Positions 22,195-33,095 of a stretch of 64,000 nucleotides of DNA are shown piece by piece (position 1 is the stretch's first letter; each line of letters opens with the position of its first letter). The translations under genes and the position numbers were made by a program. Location of the stretch: contig OZ220733.1 of assembly GCA_965116875.1 (NCBI GenBank), forward strand, positions 1,376,001-1,440,000, written 5' to 3'. The notes beneath the pieces were generated by a model. That model was not told where the DNA came from. It made no database searches and worked only from the letters and a program-made list of their open reading frames with translations. The DNA comes from Candidatus Latescibacterota bacterium. Its GTDB lineage: Bacteria > Latescibacterota > UBA2968 > GCA-2709665.

Positions 22195-23275
22195 CAAGAC
22201 CGTCCTTCATCCGTGCCGTGTAGAACAAGTCGGGGCCGGTCCAGTCCACGTCGGCCTGGCTCAGAAGAATCGCATCGGCCATTCTGGTTATTCCGAGGTC
22301 GCCAATCGAGGCAATCCCGTTTCCCAGAATCACCGGCGCGATAAACACCGCCAGCCGGTCGACCAACCGCTCGCGCATCGCGGAAGCAGCCACCGCACCC
22401 CCGCCTTCGATCAACACATGGGTAAACCCTTCGGCGCCCGCCCGGGCAAGCACCTCCCGGAGCATGGGCCTTCCATCTTCAGGCGGACAGACCCACACGC
22501 GCGCGCCGCGCGCCTCCATCGCTTCGACTCTTTTTCTTGAAACGCCTTGCGCCGCGGCGAGAATCAACACCGCCCCGTCGAATACCCTTGCGTCCCTTGA
22601 AATCTCAAGGCGACTGTCCAGCACGATTTTGGCCGGGTCGGGACCGTCCAGATGCCGAACCGTGAGTGCGGGATCGTCCGCGTCCACAGTCCCCCGTCCA
22701 ACCATAACCGCAGAAGCTTCAGCACGCAGCCGGTGCGCCTTGCTTCTGGATGCGCGCGAGGAAATCCATCTCGACTCGCCCGAAGCCGTCGCGATGCGAC
22801 CATCGAGGGTCTGCGCCAGCTTCAGGGTGACAAATGGAAGGCCCGTTGTGCGGTGCTTTACGAAAACTTCGTTCAGTCGACGCGCCTCTTCCTCGAGTAC
22901 GCCAACCTCCACCTGCACACCTGCCTCCCGCAACCGTTGGATGCCTCTACCGGAAACCCGTCTGTCCGGGTCCATCATACCGCATACGACCCGGGCAACT
23001 CCTTTTTTAATCAATAAATCCACACACGGCGGCGTACGGCCGGTGTGGGCGCACGGTTCGAGGGTCACGTACAACGTTACGCCGGGGGTTCCGTCGGCCA
23101 TTCCTTCAAGCGCGTAAACCTCCGCGTGCGGCATTCCGGATTCAGGGTAGTATCCCTTTCCGATCACCTGCCCTTCCCGAACCGCCACCGCACCCACCAG
23201 CGCACCGTCCCGTACCCGACCGCGTCCTTTCTCGGCCAGCGACAACGCCAGCCGCATATAGTCCACATCCGTCAT
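22115..23275 (-). CDS. ribD: Riboflavin biosynthesis deaminase/reductase
   Basis: PHAEV, YVTLEPCAH.GRTPPC, KLAQTLDG, LIEGGG. Confidence 0.94.
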   Translation of the reverse strand: MTDVDYMRLALSLAEKGRGRVRDGALVGAVAVREGQVIGKGYYPESGMPHAEVYALEGMADGTPGVTLYVTLEPCAHTGRTPPCVDLLIKKGVARVVCGMMDPDRRVSGRGIQRLREAGVQVEVGVLEEEARRLNEVFVKHRTTGLPFVTLKLAQTLDGRIATASGESRWISSRASRSKAHRLRAEASAVMVGRGTVDADDPALTVRHLDGPDPAKIVLDSRLEISRDARVFDGAVLILAAAQGVSRKRVEAMEARGARVWVCPPEDGRPMLREVLARAGAEGFTHVLIEGGGAVAASAMRERLVDRLAVFIAPVILGNGIASIGDLGITRMADAILLSQADVDWTGPDLFYTARMKDGLDVYGDCRGSGAGARDSEADRVSANDG

Positions 23276-23324
23276 AAACCACCCTGTGTCGCCGGGAAGA
23301 TGAATGGCCAGGCGTGGACGAGAC

Positions 23325-25397
23325 TTACTTGAGGTTGACCGTCGCCGTGCCTACCCCCACGTTGCCCAGCGCATCGGACGCACGGACGACGACCGTATAT
23401 TCTCCCGCCGCCAGATCCTGAATTTCGAAACGCAACGATTCCGTTCTGGAGTCGAAAATACGATCGACAGGAAAGACCACCCTCCACTCTCCTGAATTCA
23501 CCGCATAGGCCGCCTTCCAGAGCGGGCTCGCGGCGTCGTTCAGCGATCCCTCAACCTGTACCCCGCCCGCAATCTGCCGTATTTGCAGCGCGACGGCGGG
23601 TGGTGTGTGGTCAAGATCGAATGGCTGGCTGACCATCTCGCCTGCCAGCGCGATTTCCTTCGGATTGGTCAATCTGTCCGACGCCACCACCCGGACAAGC
23701 ATCGTACCCTCGGGCGCGGACTCCGTATGCCAATCGTAGGAATTCGAACGGAGGTTTTCTTCGAGGAGTTTCCATCTTTTCTCGGACAGACCCCGGTAGT
23801 ACAATGCATACACCAGCCCGTCGTTATTCGCGTCTTCGGCTTTCCATGAGATCCGCCAGACGCCTCTCGGGTTTCCCTGCGCCTTTCGGCCCTTTCCGGA
23901 GTCCTTCGGCGCAGCGCCGTTGCCCTGCGCCTCGACGGGCGTGACGACGAGCGCGAGGACCCGCGGGCCCAGATTTTCCTGGAGTCCCACCAGACTCACT
24001 TCGCGAATCGTCTGTGTGGTCGTACCCGCCACGGATCTCAACTCGGCCCGATACTGAAGGAATCGCGCCGGCGGACTGGAAATCTGTCCTCCCTGAGACA
24101 CTGAAGACCATTCACTCCAGGTGTTGTCCGGTTTCTCGCTGTTTCCCGAACGGGTCTGGAATTGAACGGACGCGCCCGGGGCAGGTTGGGCATTCCACCT
24201 GATTCTACCCCAACTGGAAACGAGGCGGAAATCTGTCACCCTGGATTCCAGCCTGCCTTTGCGCGCGTACGCCTTGCCCAACCGATACACTTTTCCGGAT
24301 CCCGCGGTTCCCAGCCAGAAGTCTCCGGAGCTCGATCTGCAGAACGCCCATGGTTGCAGGTCTTTCAGACGGGTCAGCAGCGTCGACCGGCCGGACAGAT
24401 CCACGCGATAGATGCTCCCCTCGTCTCCAGTCAGCACCGTAATCTCCCGATCGTCCGCATGCAATGCCAGAAGCATCGGCTCGTTCACCGCCCATAGACG
24501 AACCGCCGCACCCGAAGGGCGTACCGCATACAGCACGGACGCCTGCCGGGAGGAAGCGGATCCCTGGCCCTTGGCGGATTGTTGAGATGCACCTTTTCCG
24601 CCTCCCTTGGATTGTTTGGACATTGCACCCGCGAACAGGATACCGTCCGGTCCCATCGCCAGGGCGTGGATTTCATCTTCCGCGGCGTCGTACAGTACTT
24701 CGACTTCTCCCGTTGCGTTGACACGGTAGACCAGTCCGCTCTGGTCCGTGCCGGCATACACCCTGCCGTCAGCGTCCCGGATCAGCGACACCACGTTGTG
24801 GTCTTCGCTCTGATACACCTCGGCGACCTCTCCGTCCGCGGAGACGCGCAGGATTCGTCCGTTTCTGCCGCCGGTAGCCGCGTACAGGCCTCCCTTTCCA
24901 TCCACAACCATCGCCCAGACGTGTTCGTCTCCGGTTCGACAAAACGTTTCGGGTTCTTTACCCTGAACGATCCGGTATACAATACCGTCCGGGGAGGAGC
25001 CGGCATAGAGTGTCCCGTCCGTTCCCACGGCGAGACTGAAAATGGCCACTTCGGGAGAATCGAAGAGGAGCGTCGGCTCTCCCGCGCCATCCAGGGCAAA
25101 AACCTTCCCGCCGTTGCCCGTAGCAATATACAATCGACCGCCTCGCCCCTCAGCGAGCGCCCAGACGAATTCCTCTCCCGTATTCGCCACGGCCTGCAAC
25201 TCGGGCGCCAGCAACACGGCGCCGTCTCTGGTGATTGAGACACCGTCGGCCTCGCCTCTAGCGAAGGCCTTCTGCGTGTGGTCGCGCCATACGACAGGCT
25301 CAACGCCGTCCGCTGGAATCGGAAGGCAGTTGAGCAGAAAGCAAAGGCCCATCAGCAAGACACGACAGACGGCATGCCGGTTTTCTCGATTCAACAC
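23325..25397 (-). CDS. Secreted beta-propeller protein with C-terminal beta-sandwich (FnIII-like) domains
   Basis: Signal-peptide-like N-terminus; repeated (W/F)AL...G.LY.(A/G)TG..G.VY blades. Confidence 0.7.
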   Translation of the reverse strand: MLNRENRHAVCRVLLMGLCFLLNCLPIPADGVEPVVWRDHTQKAFARGEADGVSITRDGAVLLAPELQAVANTGEEFVWALAEGRGGRLYIATGNGGKVFALDGAGEPTLLFDSPEVAIFSLAVGTDGTLYAGSSPDGIVYRIVQGKEPETFCRTGDEHVWAMVVDGKGGLYAATGGRNGRILRVSADGEVAEVYQSEDHNVVSLIRDADGRVYAGTDQSGLVYRVNATGEVEVLYDAAEDEIHALAMGPDGILFAGAMSKQSKGGGKGASQQSAKGQGSASSRQASVLYAVRPSGAAVRLWAVNEPMLLALHADDREITVLTGDEGSIYRVDLSGRSTLLTRLKDLQPWAFCRSSSGDFWLGTAGSGKVYRLGKAYARKGRLESRVTDFRLVSSWGRIRWNAQPAPGASVQFQTRSGNSEKPDNTWSEWSSVSQGGQISSPPARFLQYRAELRSVAGTTTQTIREVSLVGLQENLGPRVLALVVTPVEAQGNGAAPKDSGKGRKAQGNPRGVWRISWKAEDANNDGLVYALYYRGLSEKRWKLLEENLRSNSYDWHTESAPEGTMLVRVVASDRLTNPKEIALAGEMVSQPFDLDHTPPAVALQIRQIAGGVQVEGSLNDAASPLWKAAYAVNSGEWRVVFPVDRIFDSRTESLRFEIQDLAAGEYTVVVRASDALGNVGVGTATVNLK

Positions 25398-25486
25398 CCC
25401 GATCTCCTATCAGTCCGGAACGTCCGCCGTTTCCACGACGTGTTCCCATGGCCCGAGAGGCCGAAGACGGCGTTGCCGGTGGCGAC

Positions 25487-27295
25487 TTATTTCCCTTTTC
25501 CGCTTGCGCTCCCACCCTCGGCGAAAATAACGCCGTTCCGTTTCCGGTTTACATTCAGTACAACGATCTGACTTCCCGACAGCACAAAGTCCGTGGGAAT
25601 ACGCGCCCTCTGCACGACTGTCTGCCGAACCTGTTTTACCGCATCCGACGAGCGTGAATACCGAAGCGCCGAAAGCACCGACGACGGCAGTCTTGACACC
25701 TCCCGTCCCTCAATCGTCACGCCCTGGGCGCCGGACAGCAGTTCAACAACCATTTCGTTGTTCCGGCCGGAGCGCCCCAACAGGCGAATGAGATGATCCA
25801 GATCTCTGGCGTTGTATTCGCCGGGCGCCCGCTTGGCCTCCTGTTTCACGTGGTCGGATGCGCTGGATACCCTGAGAATCAGCCGGCCGCCCGGCGTTTG
25901 ATTTGGTATGACCATGGCTTCTTCCACCTGCCGCAGTCCCCCCCGGTAGGTCCGTAATGAAACCGTGACGCGCACCGTATCGCCCGGCTGGAACGATGTC
26001 TTCTGCAAACCGACGGACTTGATGTGGGCGGTGTGCGCCCGCTCGGCTTCCACGTCCAGGTCGAAGGTGACCTTCTCGATCCTGATCGGCTGGAACGGAT
26101 TCCGGATCAGGCTCGCAAACGGCGTGGTGACACCCAGTACCGCACTACCCAGCCCAAGCGCGCCGGCATAGACGTTTTCCGCCTCCACCGATGGACGTCC
26201 GTTCAGGTCGATTCTCACACGGGACTTCACCGTTACCTCTCCCGTCAGTTTCTCGGACGAGACCATCGCGTTGAAAACCGCGATCCGCAGGAGCGTGGGG
26301 CTGAGGTCGCGGTCTCGCAGGACCTCCATACCGAAGTGCGCCTCCTTCCCCGGAGAACGCAAGTTGATCCGCACCGGAATCATGTCAACGTCCATACCGA
26401 TCGTGCCGGCAATGCCGGGGGCACGGTCCTGAACGATGGCGCCCACGGTCTGCCCGGCGACACCCAGCTTGAACGACGCAAATTGACTTGGCAGGACTTC
26501 GTGAATGTAGGCTCCCGTCATCGGCAGCACGGTAGCACCGCCAAAAATCATGGAATGCCCGAACCCGACCACCCGATCCCCATCGCGATGGGTCAGCGTT
26601 CCGATACCCGTAACGCTGAGGTCGCCGCGGACCAGTTGCACGCCAAGCGCGGCGCCCGGTTCGAACGCGCCGACAGGCAGGCCCGGGGCCTCGCCACCAC
26701 CGCCCTGGACCGGCGTCCATCCTGTATTGGAAAACGCCTGTCGGAAATCAGCGACCGCCTGCGGCGCAAAACCGGAAATCACGATCGGCAGGCTGATCGG
26801 CGTCAGCTCAGCCGCATCCATCCCCGTGAGATCGATCAGACGGCGTGCGCCGGTTTGCGTCAGACGGACCGCCGAACCGACCCCTTCCGGCGCCGACGGC
26901 CGGTTGAAGAGATCAACCATTGCCGCAATTGGCGTAATCCCGGCGATGGGTTCCTTGGCAAAAGCGCCAATGCGATACGATACGGCGCCGATCAGCTTGC
27001 CATCGACATAGACCGGACTTCCGCTCATCCCCGAAATCACGCCAGTGCTGGACAGGGGACCTCCGGACAGCCTGGCCAGAATCAGGTCGCTCCCCGGACC
27101 GATCGCGTTGTGCAGTACACCCAGGATTTCGACGTGAAACGTATCGATTCGCGTACCCTGGAAGACCGTCCTGCCGATGCCCCGCATCCCTCTCCGGACT
27201 TCCTCGACAGGCATTGTCTCCACGGTTGCCCGGGCATTGCCGGCAACAGCGCAGCACAACAAAGTGGTCAGTGAGATTTCCAGCAGACGAATCAC
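25487..27295 (-). CDS. SpoIVB peptidase S55-domain protein
   Basis: GVISGMSGSPVYVDGKLIGAVSY, GITPI..M, GTLT....VVGFGH; signal peptide. Confidence 0.85.
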   Translation of the reverse strand: MIRLLEISLTTLLCCAVAGNARATVETMPVEEVRRGMRGIGRTVFQGTRIDTFHVEILGVLHNAIGPGSDLILARLSGGPLSSTGVISGMSGSPVYVDGKLIGAVSYRIGAFAKEPIAGITPIAAMVDLFNRPSAPEGVGSAVRLTQTGARRLIDLTGMDAAELTPISLPIVISGFAPQAVADFRQAFSNTGWTPVQGGGGEAPGLPVGAFEPGAALGVQLVRGDLSVTGIGTLTHRDGDRVVGFGHSMIFGGATVLPMTGAYIHEVLPSQFASFKLGVAGQTVGAIVQDRAPGIAGTIGMDVDMIPVRINLRSPGKEAHFGMEVLRDRDLSPTLLRIAVFNAMVSSEKLTGEVTVKSRVRIDLNGRPSVEAENVYAGALGLGSAVLGVTTPFASLIRNPFQPIRIEKVTFDLDVEAERAHTAHIKSVGLQKTSFQPGDTVRVTVSLRTYRGGLRQVEEAMVIPNQTPGGRLILRVSSASDHVKQEAKRAPGEYNARDLDHLIRLLGRSGRNNEMVVELLSGAQGVTIEGREVSRLPSSVLSALRYSRSSDAVKQVRQTVVQRARIPTDFVLSGSQIVVLNVNRKRNGVIFAEGGSASGKGK

Positions 27296-27490
27296 AACGC
27301 TGGCCCTTTCTCGTCAATCGGCACGGGAGCCACGAAATCTACTGCGCGACCTCGGAAAAGTCAAGCTCTGCAACGTTCTAAGTACTTGCAAATCAACATC
27401 AGACCTTGTTTCATTTACCCAACGTATTATACCCGTTTTCGCAGGTTGGAACAAGCCCCTTGTGCAAATCCGATCTTGTCCTTATCATAA

Positions 27491-27650
27491 CAGCCCGTTG
27501 AAAAAGCCCATCCGGGCTGCGGCCGGCCCTTGCGGTCGAAAACCTGCGTTGCGCTTCCTCGCCGAATCGCAGGATGGGACTCGGTCGCGCGCCTTGTCTT
27601 CGACCACAATCACTCGGCCTCGCCTGCAGAGCGACTTTATCAACGGACTG
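27491..27650 (+). mobile_element. MITE family A, full 160-bp copy
   Basis: Same IRs as 1841-2000; ATAA on both flanks. Confidence 0.85.
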
Positions 27651-27658
27651 ATAACCCA

Positions 27659-27800
27659 ATGCAAATCACGCGGCCGGCGGTTGGCAAATGCCGAAAGCCG
27701 TACCTGAGGGAAGGGGTGGCGGACTACATCGGTCGCATCCGGAGATACGCCAGACTGGAGCATATCGAAGTCAGAGAGGAACCCGCGCCACGCAACACCC
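27659..27800 (+). pseudogene. rlmH: 5' relic of 23S rRNA m3Psi1915 methyltransferase
   Basis: MQITRPAVGKCRKPYLREGVADYIGRIRRYARLEHIEVREE resembles the RlmH N-terminus; similarity stops after about 45 codons and no SPOUT C-terminal motifs follow. Confidence 0.6.
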
Positions 27801-28269
27801 GGGCCGCCTTTGAAAGCGCCCTTGTCCGGCGGCCCGGCGGAAGAAAAAGCCCGGAAAACAGGTTCACGCGACAGCCGTGGAGAGATGATTCCGCCACTGG
27901 AATCCGGCTGCCGGGCACGTCTCCTGTTTCCGGGCTTTTAAAATGCGGACCGAAATGTCAGGATATACAGTTTCGGGGGAACGGAGGATATCCGAATCCG
28001 GCGGCCCCGGAGAACGGCCGGAGGGGTATCGGCCACGGGGTTCCGGAAGAAGGGATGTCTCAATCGCATGTGTGTTGAGAGCAATTGAAAGATAAGCCAA
28101 TGTTTTTTTTTAGTCAAGGGGAAGTTTGCTCTAATATACTGTTTTACATTATCTTGTGGTCCATCGTTCAGGTTATACCTTATATAGATTTGCGTGATGC
28201 GACCCATCGGAAACGACGTCTCCTGCCATCCGCCGCGCGCCGTTTTGCCATCTCCGACGGTATCGACCC

Positions 28270-29622
28270 ATGCCGCATACCCTTACCATAACGCAGGCGG
28301 CGGAACAGATCCGGTCCGGCCGTCTCTCTCCCGTGGAACTTCTGCACGCCTGTTTTTCGCAGATCGAAGCCCTCGACGGCGGCCTTCACGCCTGGGTTCA
28401 CGTAGACAGGGAAGGCGCCGAGCGATCCGCTCGGAGTCTCCAGGAGGAACTCGCCCGCGGACGGTACCGCGGCCCCCTGCACGGAATCCCGGTGGGGATA
28501 AAGGACATCATCGACGTGAAGGGCCTGCCCACCGCCGCCGGAGCAAGAATTCTCTACAGCCGGATGCCGGATGAAGATGCAGCGGTGGTCGCGCGGCTTC
28601 GGAGGTCCGGAGCGGTCATCCCCGGCAAAACGGTTACAACACCGTTTGCGTGTTTCGATCCGGCGGAAACCAGGAACCCCTGGAACCCCGACCATACGCC
28701 CGGCGGCTCCAGCAGCGGTTCGGCGGCCGCCGTCGCGGCGCGGATGTGTCCCGCGGCCCTGGGATCCCAGACAGGCGGGTCCATCAGCAGGCCCGCGGCG
28801 TATTGCGGCCTGGTGGGTCTCAAACCCACGTTCGGCCGGATCAGCCTGCGCGGGATCCTGCCCGTCAGCTACGAACTGGATCATCCGGGTCCGTTCACCC
28901 GTTCAGTCGCCGATGCAGCCGTCATTCTCCGGTGCCTGGCGGGTCACGACCCGCTGGACCCGCTAAGCGCGGACGTTCCTGAAGATACCTACCGGATCGA
29001 ACCGCCGGCACATGCCCCCCGCGTCGGCGTCATTCGCACGTACTTTCCTGACAACGCCGACGAAACCATGCGTGAGGCAACCGACGACGCCATCGAGCGC
29101 CTTGGCTCAGCGGGCGCTGAATTCACCGATGTGCGCCTGCCCGGATCCTTTGCGGAACTTCACGAAAATCACGCGTTGCTGCTCGCCGTCGGTGCGGCAA
29201 ACGTCCACGGGGAACGATATAGCGCCCGCCGTGACGCCTTCCCTCCGGGCCTTCGCGAAATCCTGAAAAGGGGGCTTGCCGCAAGCGCGGTCGACTACGC
29301 CAGGGCGCGACGCCACCAGATTGCGTTCAAGGCGGAGGTCCTGGCCGCATTCGAGGGTGTGGATCTGCTCCTCACCCCTGCGACGCCAACTCCGGCGCCT
29401 TCGGGTCTGACCTCCACCGGCAATCCCGCCTTCAACAGCCCCTGGAGCTACGCCGGCCTTCCCACGTCCGTCCTGCCGGCCGCCAGTAGCGTCGACGGAC
29501 TGCCCGCCGGCATCCAGCTCGTTGCTCGCCCTTTCGCCGAAAACCAGCTGCTCTCCATCTCCGCATGGTGCGAATCCCGTCTTGAGTGGGACCGCATCCC
29601 GTCGATCCTTTCCGGCGGTTAG
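28270..29622 (+). CDS. Amidase-signature family protein (GatA-like)
   Basis: GPLHGIPVGIKD, TPGGSSSGSAAAVA, GSQTGGSISRPA. Confidence 0.92.
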   Translation: MPHTLTITQAAEQIRSGRLSPVELLHACFSQIEALDGGLHAWVHVDREGAERSARSLQEELARGRYRGPLHGIPVGIKDIIDVKGLPTAAGARILYSRMPDEDAAVVARLRRSGAVIPGKTVTTPFACFDPAETRNPWNPDHTPGGSSSGSAAAVAARMCPAALGSQTGGSISRPAAYCGLVGLKPTFGRISLRGILPVSYELDHPGPFTRSVADAAVILRCLAGHDPLDPLSADVPEDTYRIEPPAHAPRVGVIRTYFPDNADETMREATDDAIERLGSAGAEFTDVRLPGSFAELHENHALLLAVGAANVHGERYSARRDAFPPGLREILKRGLAASAVDYARARRHQIAFKAEVLAAFEGVDLLLTPATPTPAPSGLTSTGNPAFNSPWSYAGLPTSVLPAASSVDGLPAGIQLVARPFAENQLLSISAWCESRLEWDRIPSILSGG

Positions 29623-29626
29623 AGCC

Positions 29627-30844
29627 ATGTATCCGCACCGGTTCCTGAAGCAACTCACGTGGTTGATACTCGTTTTCCACTTTTCCGGTGTCGTCCACGC
29701 TTCCCGCGGGCATACCCCCAGGCAGCACGCCGTCCGGCAGGGTATCGACTACATGCTCGACGAACGCTATGCCCGCTCCCACGCCGTATTCGATTCGCTG
29801 ATCGCCGCCGAGCCGGAACGACCCGAAGGCTATCTGGGAAAGGCACTTTCGTACTGGAACGAAAGCATGCTTCTGGCGGACGGCGAACGCTTTGTCGACC
29901 CGGTCGACCACCTGACCGGACGCGCCATCAAACTCTCCGAACGTGCTCTCAAGATCGACAACAACGACGCAGAGATGGTCTTCCTTCTCGGAAAAGCCTA
30001 TGGCCTTCGCGCGGGCCTGGCGCTCATCCACGGCAGTCCCATAGACGGCGTACTCCACGGCCTGAAATGCCGGGACTTCCTCGAGGAAACCATCCGATTG
30101 AATCCGGACCTCGCCGACGCCCAGTTCGGACTGGGCCTCGCAGAGTACGTGGCCGCCCGCCAGCCCCGTTTCCTCAGGATGGTGAGCCGGCTTCTTTCGC
30201 TCCCCGACGGCGACCGGAAAAGCGGTCTCGAACGCCTGGAGCGTGTTGCCCGTGAGGGCATCTATACCCAACGGCATGCCGTCTCCAGCCGTGCCTACAT
30301 CGCCCTCTATTACGAGAAGGACTATGAAGACGCGCGGCGTCGTTTTACAGATCTGCACCTGCGCTACCCCCACAGCCTGGACTACCGCATCCGTTACCTG
30401 GACGCGCTCTTCGGGCTCACCATCCAGGGCAGGAAGGATCACCGCCAGGCCCTGATCGACTCCGCGCGGTCGATCCGTTTCCTGGCAGAGGAACGAAACT
30501 GGAACCTGAACCGCTGGTCCCACACCAAGCTGGACTTTATCGAGGGCTATGGCCACTATCTCACCGGCAACGCGGACGCCGCGGTCGAACGTCTGGAAAT
30601 CTACACCGCGGAAGCGGAAAAAAAGAGCTGGCTGCTTGGCCCCGCACATCTCATTCTGGGCAAACTGGCCGACCTGCGCAACGACCGCGAGGGCGCAGTC
30701 CGCCATTACCGCCGCGTGCGAAGATATGAAAACGTATGGGGCGTCCACGAAGAGGCAGACGCCTATCTCGGCCAACCGTTCACCGGTGAGGAGCCCGTCC
30801 GGCGCCCTCCGGACACGGTGCGGCGTTATCCGGAGAAACCTTGA
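29627..30844 (+). CDS. Secreted TPR-like helical repeat protein
   Basis: Signal-like N-terminus; ALKIDNNDAEMVFLLGKAYG, IRLNPDLADAQFGLG, AHLILGKLAD. Confidence 0.7.
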   Translation: MYPHRFLKQLTWLILVFHFSGVVHASRGHTPRQHAVRQGIDYMLDERYARSHAVFDSLIAAEPERPEGYLGKALSYWNESMLLADGERFVDPVDHLTGRAIKLSERALKIDNNDAEMVFLLGKAYGLRAGLALIHGSPIDGVLHGLKCRDFLEETIRLNPDLADAQFGLGLAEYVAARQPRFLRMVSRLLSLPDGDRKSGLERLERVAREGIYTQRHAVSSRAYIALYYEKDYEDARRRFTDLHLRYPHSLDYRIRYLDALFGLTIQGRKDHRQALIDSARSIRFLAEERNWNLNRWSHTKLDFIEGYGHYLTGNADAAVERLEIYTAEAEKKSWLLGPAHLILGKLADLRNDREGAVRHYRRVRRYENVWGVHEEADAYLGQPFTGEEPVRRPPDTVRRYPEKP

Positions 30845-30992
30845 CGCCCCTCAGGAAATGCGCGTTATTTTATCGGATGGAACGTCGCAATACGTCTCAG
30901 GCGGGACGGCCCGTGGAAGCACGACCAACAGGAAAATCCCGGCCGCATTCCGTTCACGAAGATGCCGGGATTCATTCTCTTGAGAAATCGGA

Positions 30993-31799
30993 ATGGCGAC
31001 TGCGTCCTCAATATCCGTGGGCCGCTCGAGACTCGGTCATCTCCTGGAGCGTATCCGTTATCCGGCCCCGTCCGCGCCGCCATGGATCGTCCCCACCGTG
31101 GTCCGTTTCAAAAACCCGGACGCAGACCTGAAACACGACTATCCGAAGATACTCGGCGTTTCGGTTGTGCTCTCCTCAATACTCCTCACCCTGATCTGCG
31201 TTCTCTTCCCGGGATTCGAGTCTCGCAGGTATCCATCCTACACCACGCCGGTGATTATTTCGCTGGAAGACATTCCCGAAACCCGGCAGGCGCCTGTGCC
31301 TGAAACCGAAGAAGTGATCCTGGGCGCAGGCGAGCCGGACGGCGTAGCAGTTATCGACACCGTGGAAGACGAGGAGTCCGACATTGACTTTCTCGCCAAT
31401 CTTCAAATCGATGACACGCTTGGCAATATGGACAGGAAGCTTGACGAGGAAGCCGTAGATTTCTGGGCCGTCTCGAAGGAACCCGTACTGGTGCGCGAGA
31501 TCCTGCCCATCTATCCCCGTGACGCACACGAATCAGGCCTGGAAGGGGTTGTGTTCGTCAAATTCGCGGTCGGTACGGACGGACGGGTCAAGGAGGCCTC
31601 CGTTCAGAAAGGCCCCCGGATCTTTCACGCGTCCGCACTGGGAGCCGTCTACCAGTTCGTCTTCAAGCCCGCACTCCAGAACGACAAGCCCGTCGCGGTC
31701 TGGATGACCCTTCCCATACGCTTTCGCATTGTGGACAATCTGCTCGAAGCACGACCCGTACCGCACATTGAGAACCTGCCTTCGCGGAAATCACCCTGA
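30993..31799 (+). CDS. TonB-family protein (TM anchor + TonB_C domain)
   Basis: TM ILGVSVVLSSILLTLICVLF; PIYP..A...GLEGVVFVKFAVGTDG.V, FKPALQNDKPV.VW..LPIRF; start uncertain. Confidence 0.8.
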   Translation: MATASSISVGRSRLGHLLERIRYPAPSAPPWIVPTVVRFKNPDADLKHDYPKILGVSVVLSSILLTLICVLFPGFESRRYPSYTTPVIISLEDIPETRQAPVPETEEVILGAGEPDGVAVIDTVEDEESDIDFLANLQIDDTLGNMDRKLDEEAVDFWAVSKEPVLVREILPIYPRDAHESGLEGVVFVKFAVGTDGRVKEASVQKGPRIFHASALGAVYQFVFKPALQNDKPVAVWMTLPIRFRIVDNLLEARPVPHIENLPSRKSP

Positions 31800-31812
31800 A
31801 CGATCCCGTTCC

Positions 31813-32817
31813 TCAATCCCTCCGTTCGCGATTGACCGCCCCGCCCGAATAGATCACTTCCTTCAATCGATGCTGCTCGTCAAATTGAACCCGAAGGGTA
31901 AACGAACGCCTGTTCAGAAATTGCGGATTGTGATCGAGCGCCGTTTGCAGGGCCAGCGAACCCAGCCATCCCAGCGCGTCGGCCCGAATCCCGAACCGCA
32001 GATCGTGAACCAGAAACGTCCGCACGCCCTCCCCGGATTTCTCCAGCGCGGGAAACCGCGCGAACCAGCGATAGATCCGCCCGTCCCGCCGTTCCCACAC
32101 GCGGTCAAGAAGGGGTTCGGCAAGGGCCGAACGGTAGGTTTTCGGCGAGTCTGCAACCCCCGAAAACAACGACACGGGCACCTCGTACCACTCTTCCTCC
32201 CCGACCGCGATTCCACGCCGGTGCAGAGGCGAAAAAGGCACAGGAACCGCCGCTGCAGCCGTCAATCCCCGTTCGGCTGACCAGCGGTCCAGTTTCAGGT
32301 AGGCGATGCCCGAAACGGCGACATTGAAAGCCATATAAGCCGCAAGCGCCGCCACACCCACGCGGTACCCGTCCGGACGCCATACCTTCCAGCCAAGTAC
32401 CAGTCCGCCGACAAGTATGAGAACCAGGTACGGGTCGATAACAAACAGAACGTCGAACAACGCCCGGTACCTGGAAAACGGCATGAGGACCATCGTACCG
32501 TAAGAGGTTACCAGATCGAACAGAATGTGCAACAACAGCCCCGAAAAGGCGACCGTATACAGCTTTGTGAACGGGACGTCCTTGAGTATGAATCGCCGGA
32601 CGACCCACGCCACTGCCACGGCGCCAATTGCGGCGCCGAAAAACGAATGTGTCATTCCACGGTGCGTCTGCAGGCTGTCCAGCGCGTCACCGGGCAGGAA
32701 CACGTCCAGGTCCGGCAATACACTGGTAACGGTCATCAGATTCACAAAGCCCCGGTTCCGCGGCCACACGGACCGCGCGACCAGACGGCCAACCAGGCCG
32801 TGCGTCGGGGTATCCAT
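31813..32817 (-). CDS. YdjM/LexA-binding-type membrane metal-dependent hydrolase
   Basis: MDTPTHG, LPDLD, HRGMTHS, LHILFDLVTSYGT, IDP. Confidence 0.85.
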   Translation of the reverse strand: MDTPTHGLVGRLVARSVWPRNRGFVNLMTVTSVLPDLDVFLPGDALDSLQTHRGMTHSFFGAAIGAVAVAWVVRRFILKDVPFTKLYTVAFSGLLLHILFDLVTSYGTMVLMPFSRYRALFDVLFVIDPYLVLILVGGLVLGWKVWRPDGYRVGVAALAAYMAFNVAVSGIAYLKLDRWSAERGLTAAAAVPVPFSPLHRRGIAVGEEEWYEVPVSLFSGVADSPKTYRSALAEPLLDRVWERRDGRIYRWFARFPALEKSGEGVRTFLVHDLRFGIRADALGWLGSLALQTALDHNPQFLNRRSFTLRVQFDEQHRLKEVIYSGGAVNRERRD

Positions 32818-33095
32818 ACCTTTCTCCCACTTCGAACACGAATGAGACCGCAACCGGCGGAAGTGAGTGGAACCGGTCCCTTCCCGCACCGTCACGGGTG
32901 ATCCGATGCCTCCTCGCGCGGTCAGCTTCATCGTTGTGTGACACACAGAATATACGGAAAGCTCCGGCTGAATCAACCCCGCGCAATCGCAACTTGACAT
33001 AACGGCGTTCCGTCCCATAAATTTCCCACCACTCTTGCGCCGATGGAACACGGGAACCCATTTCCGGGGCAGGAGGCCAATCTCCGTTCCATTAT

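Noticed and set aside
23276-23324. FMN riboswitch upstream of ribD
   Set aside because: The spacer is only ~50 nt and lacks the RFN consensus.
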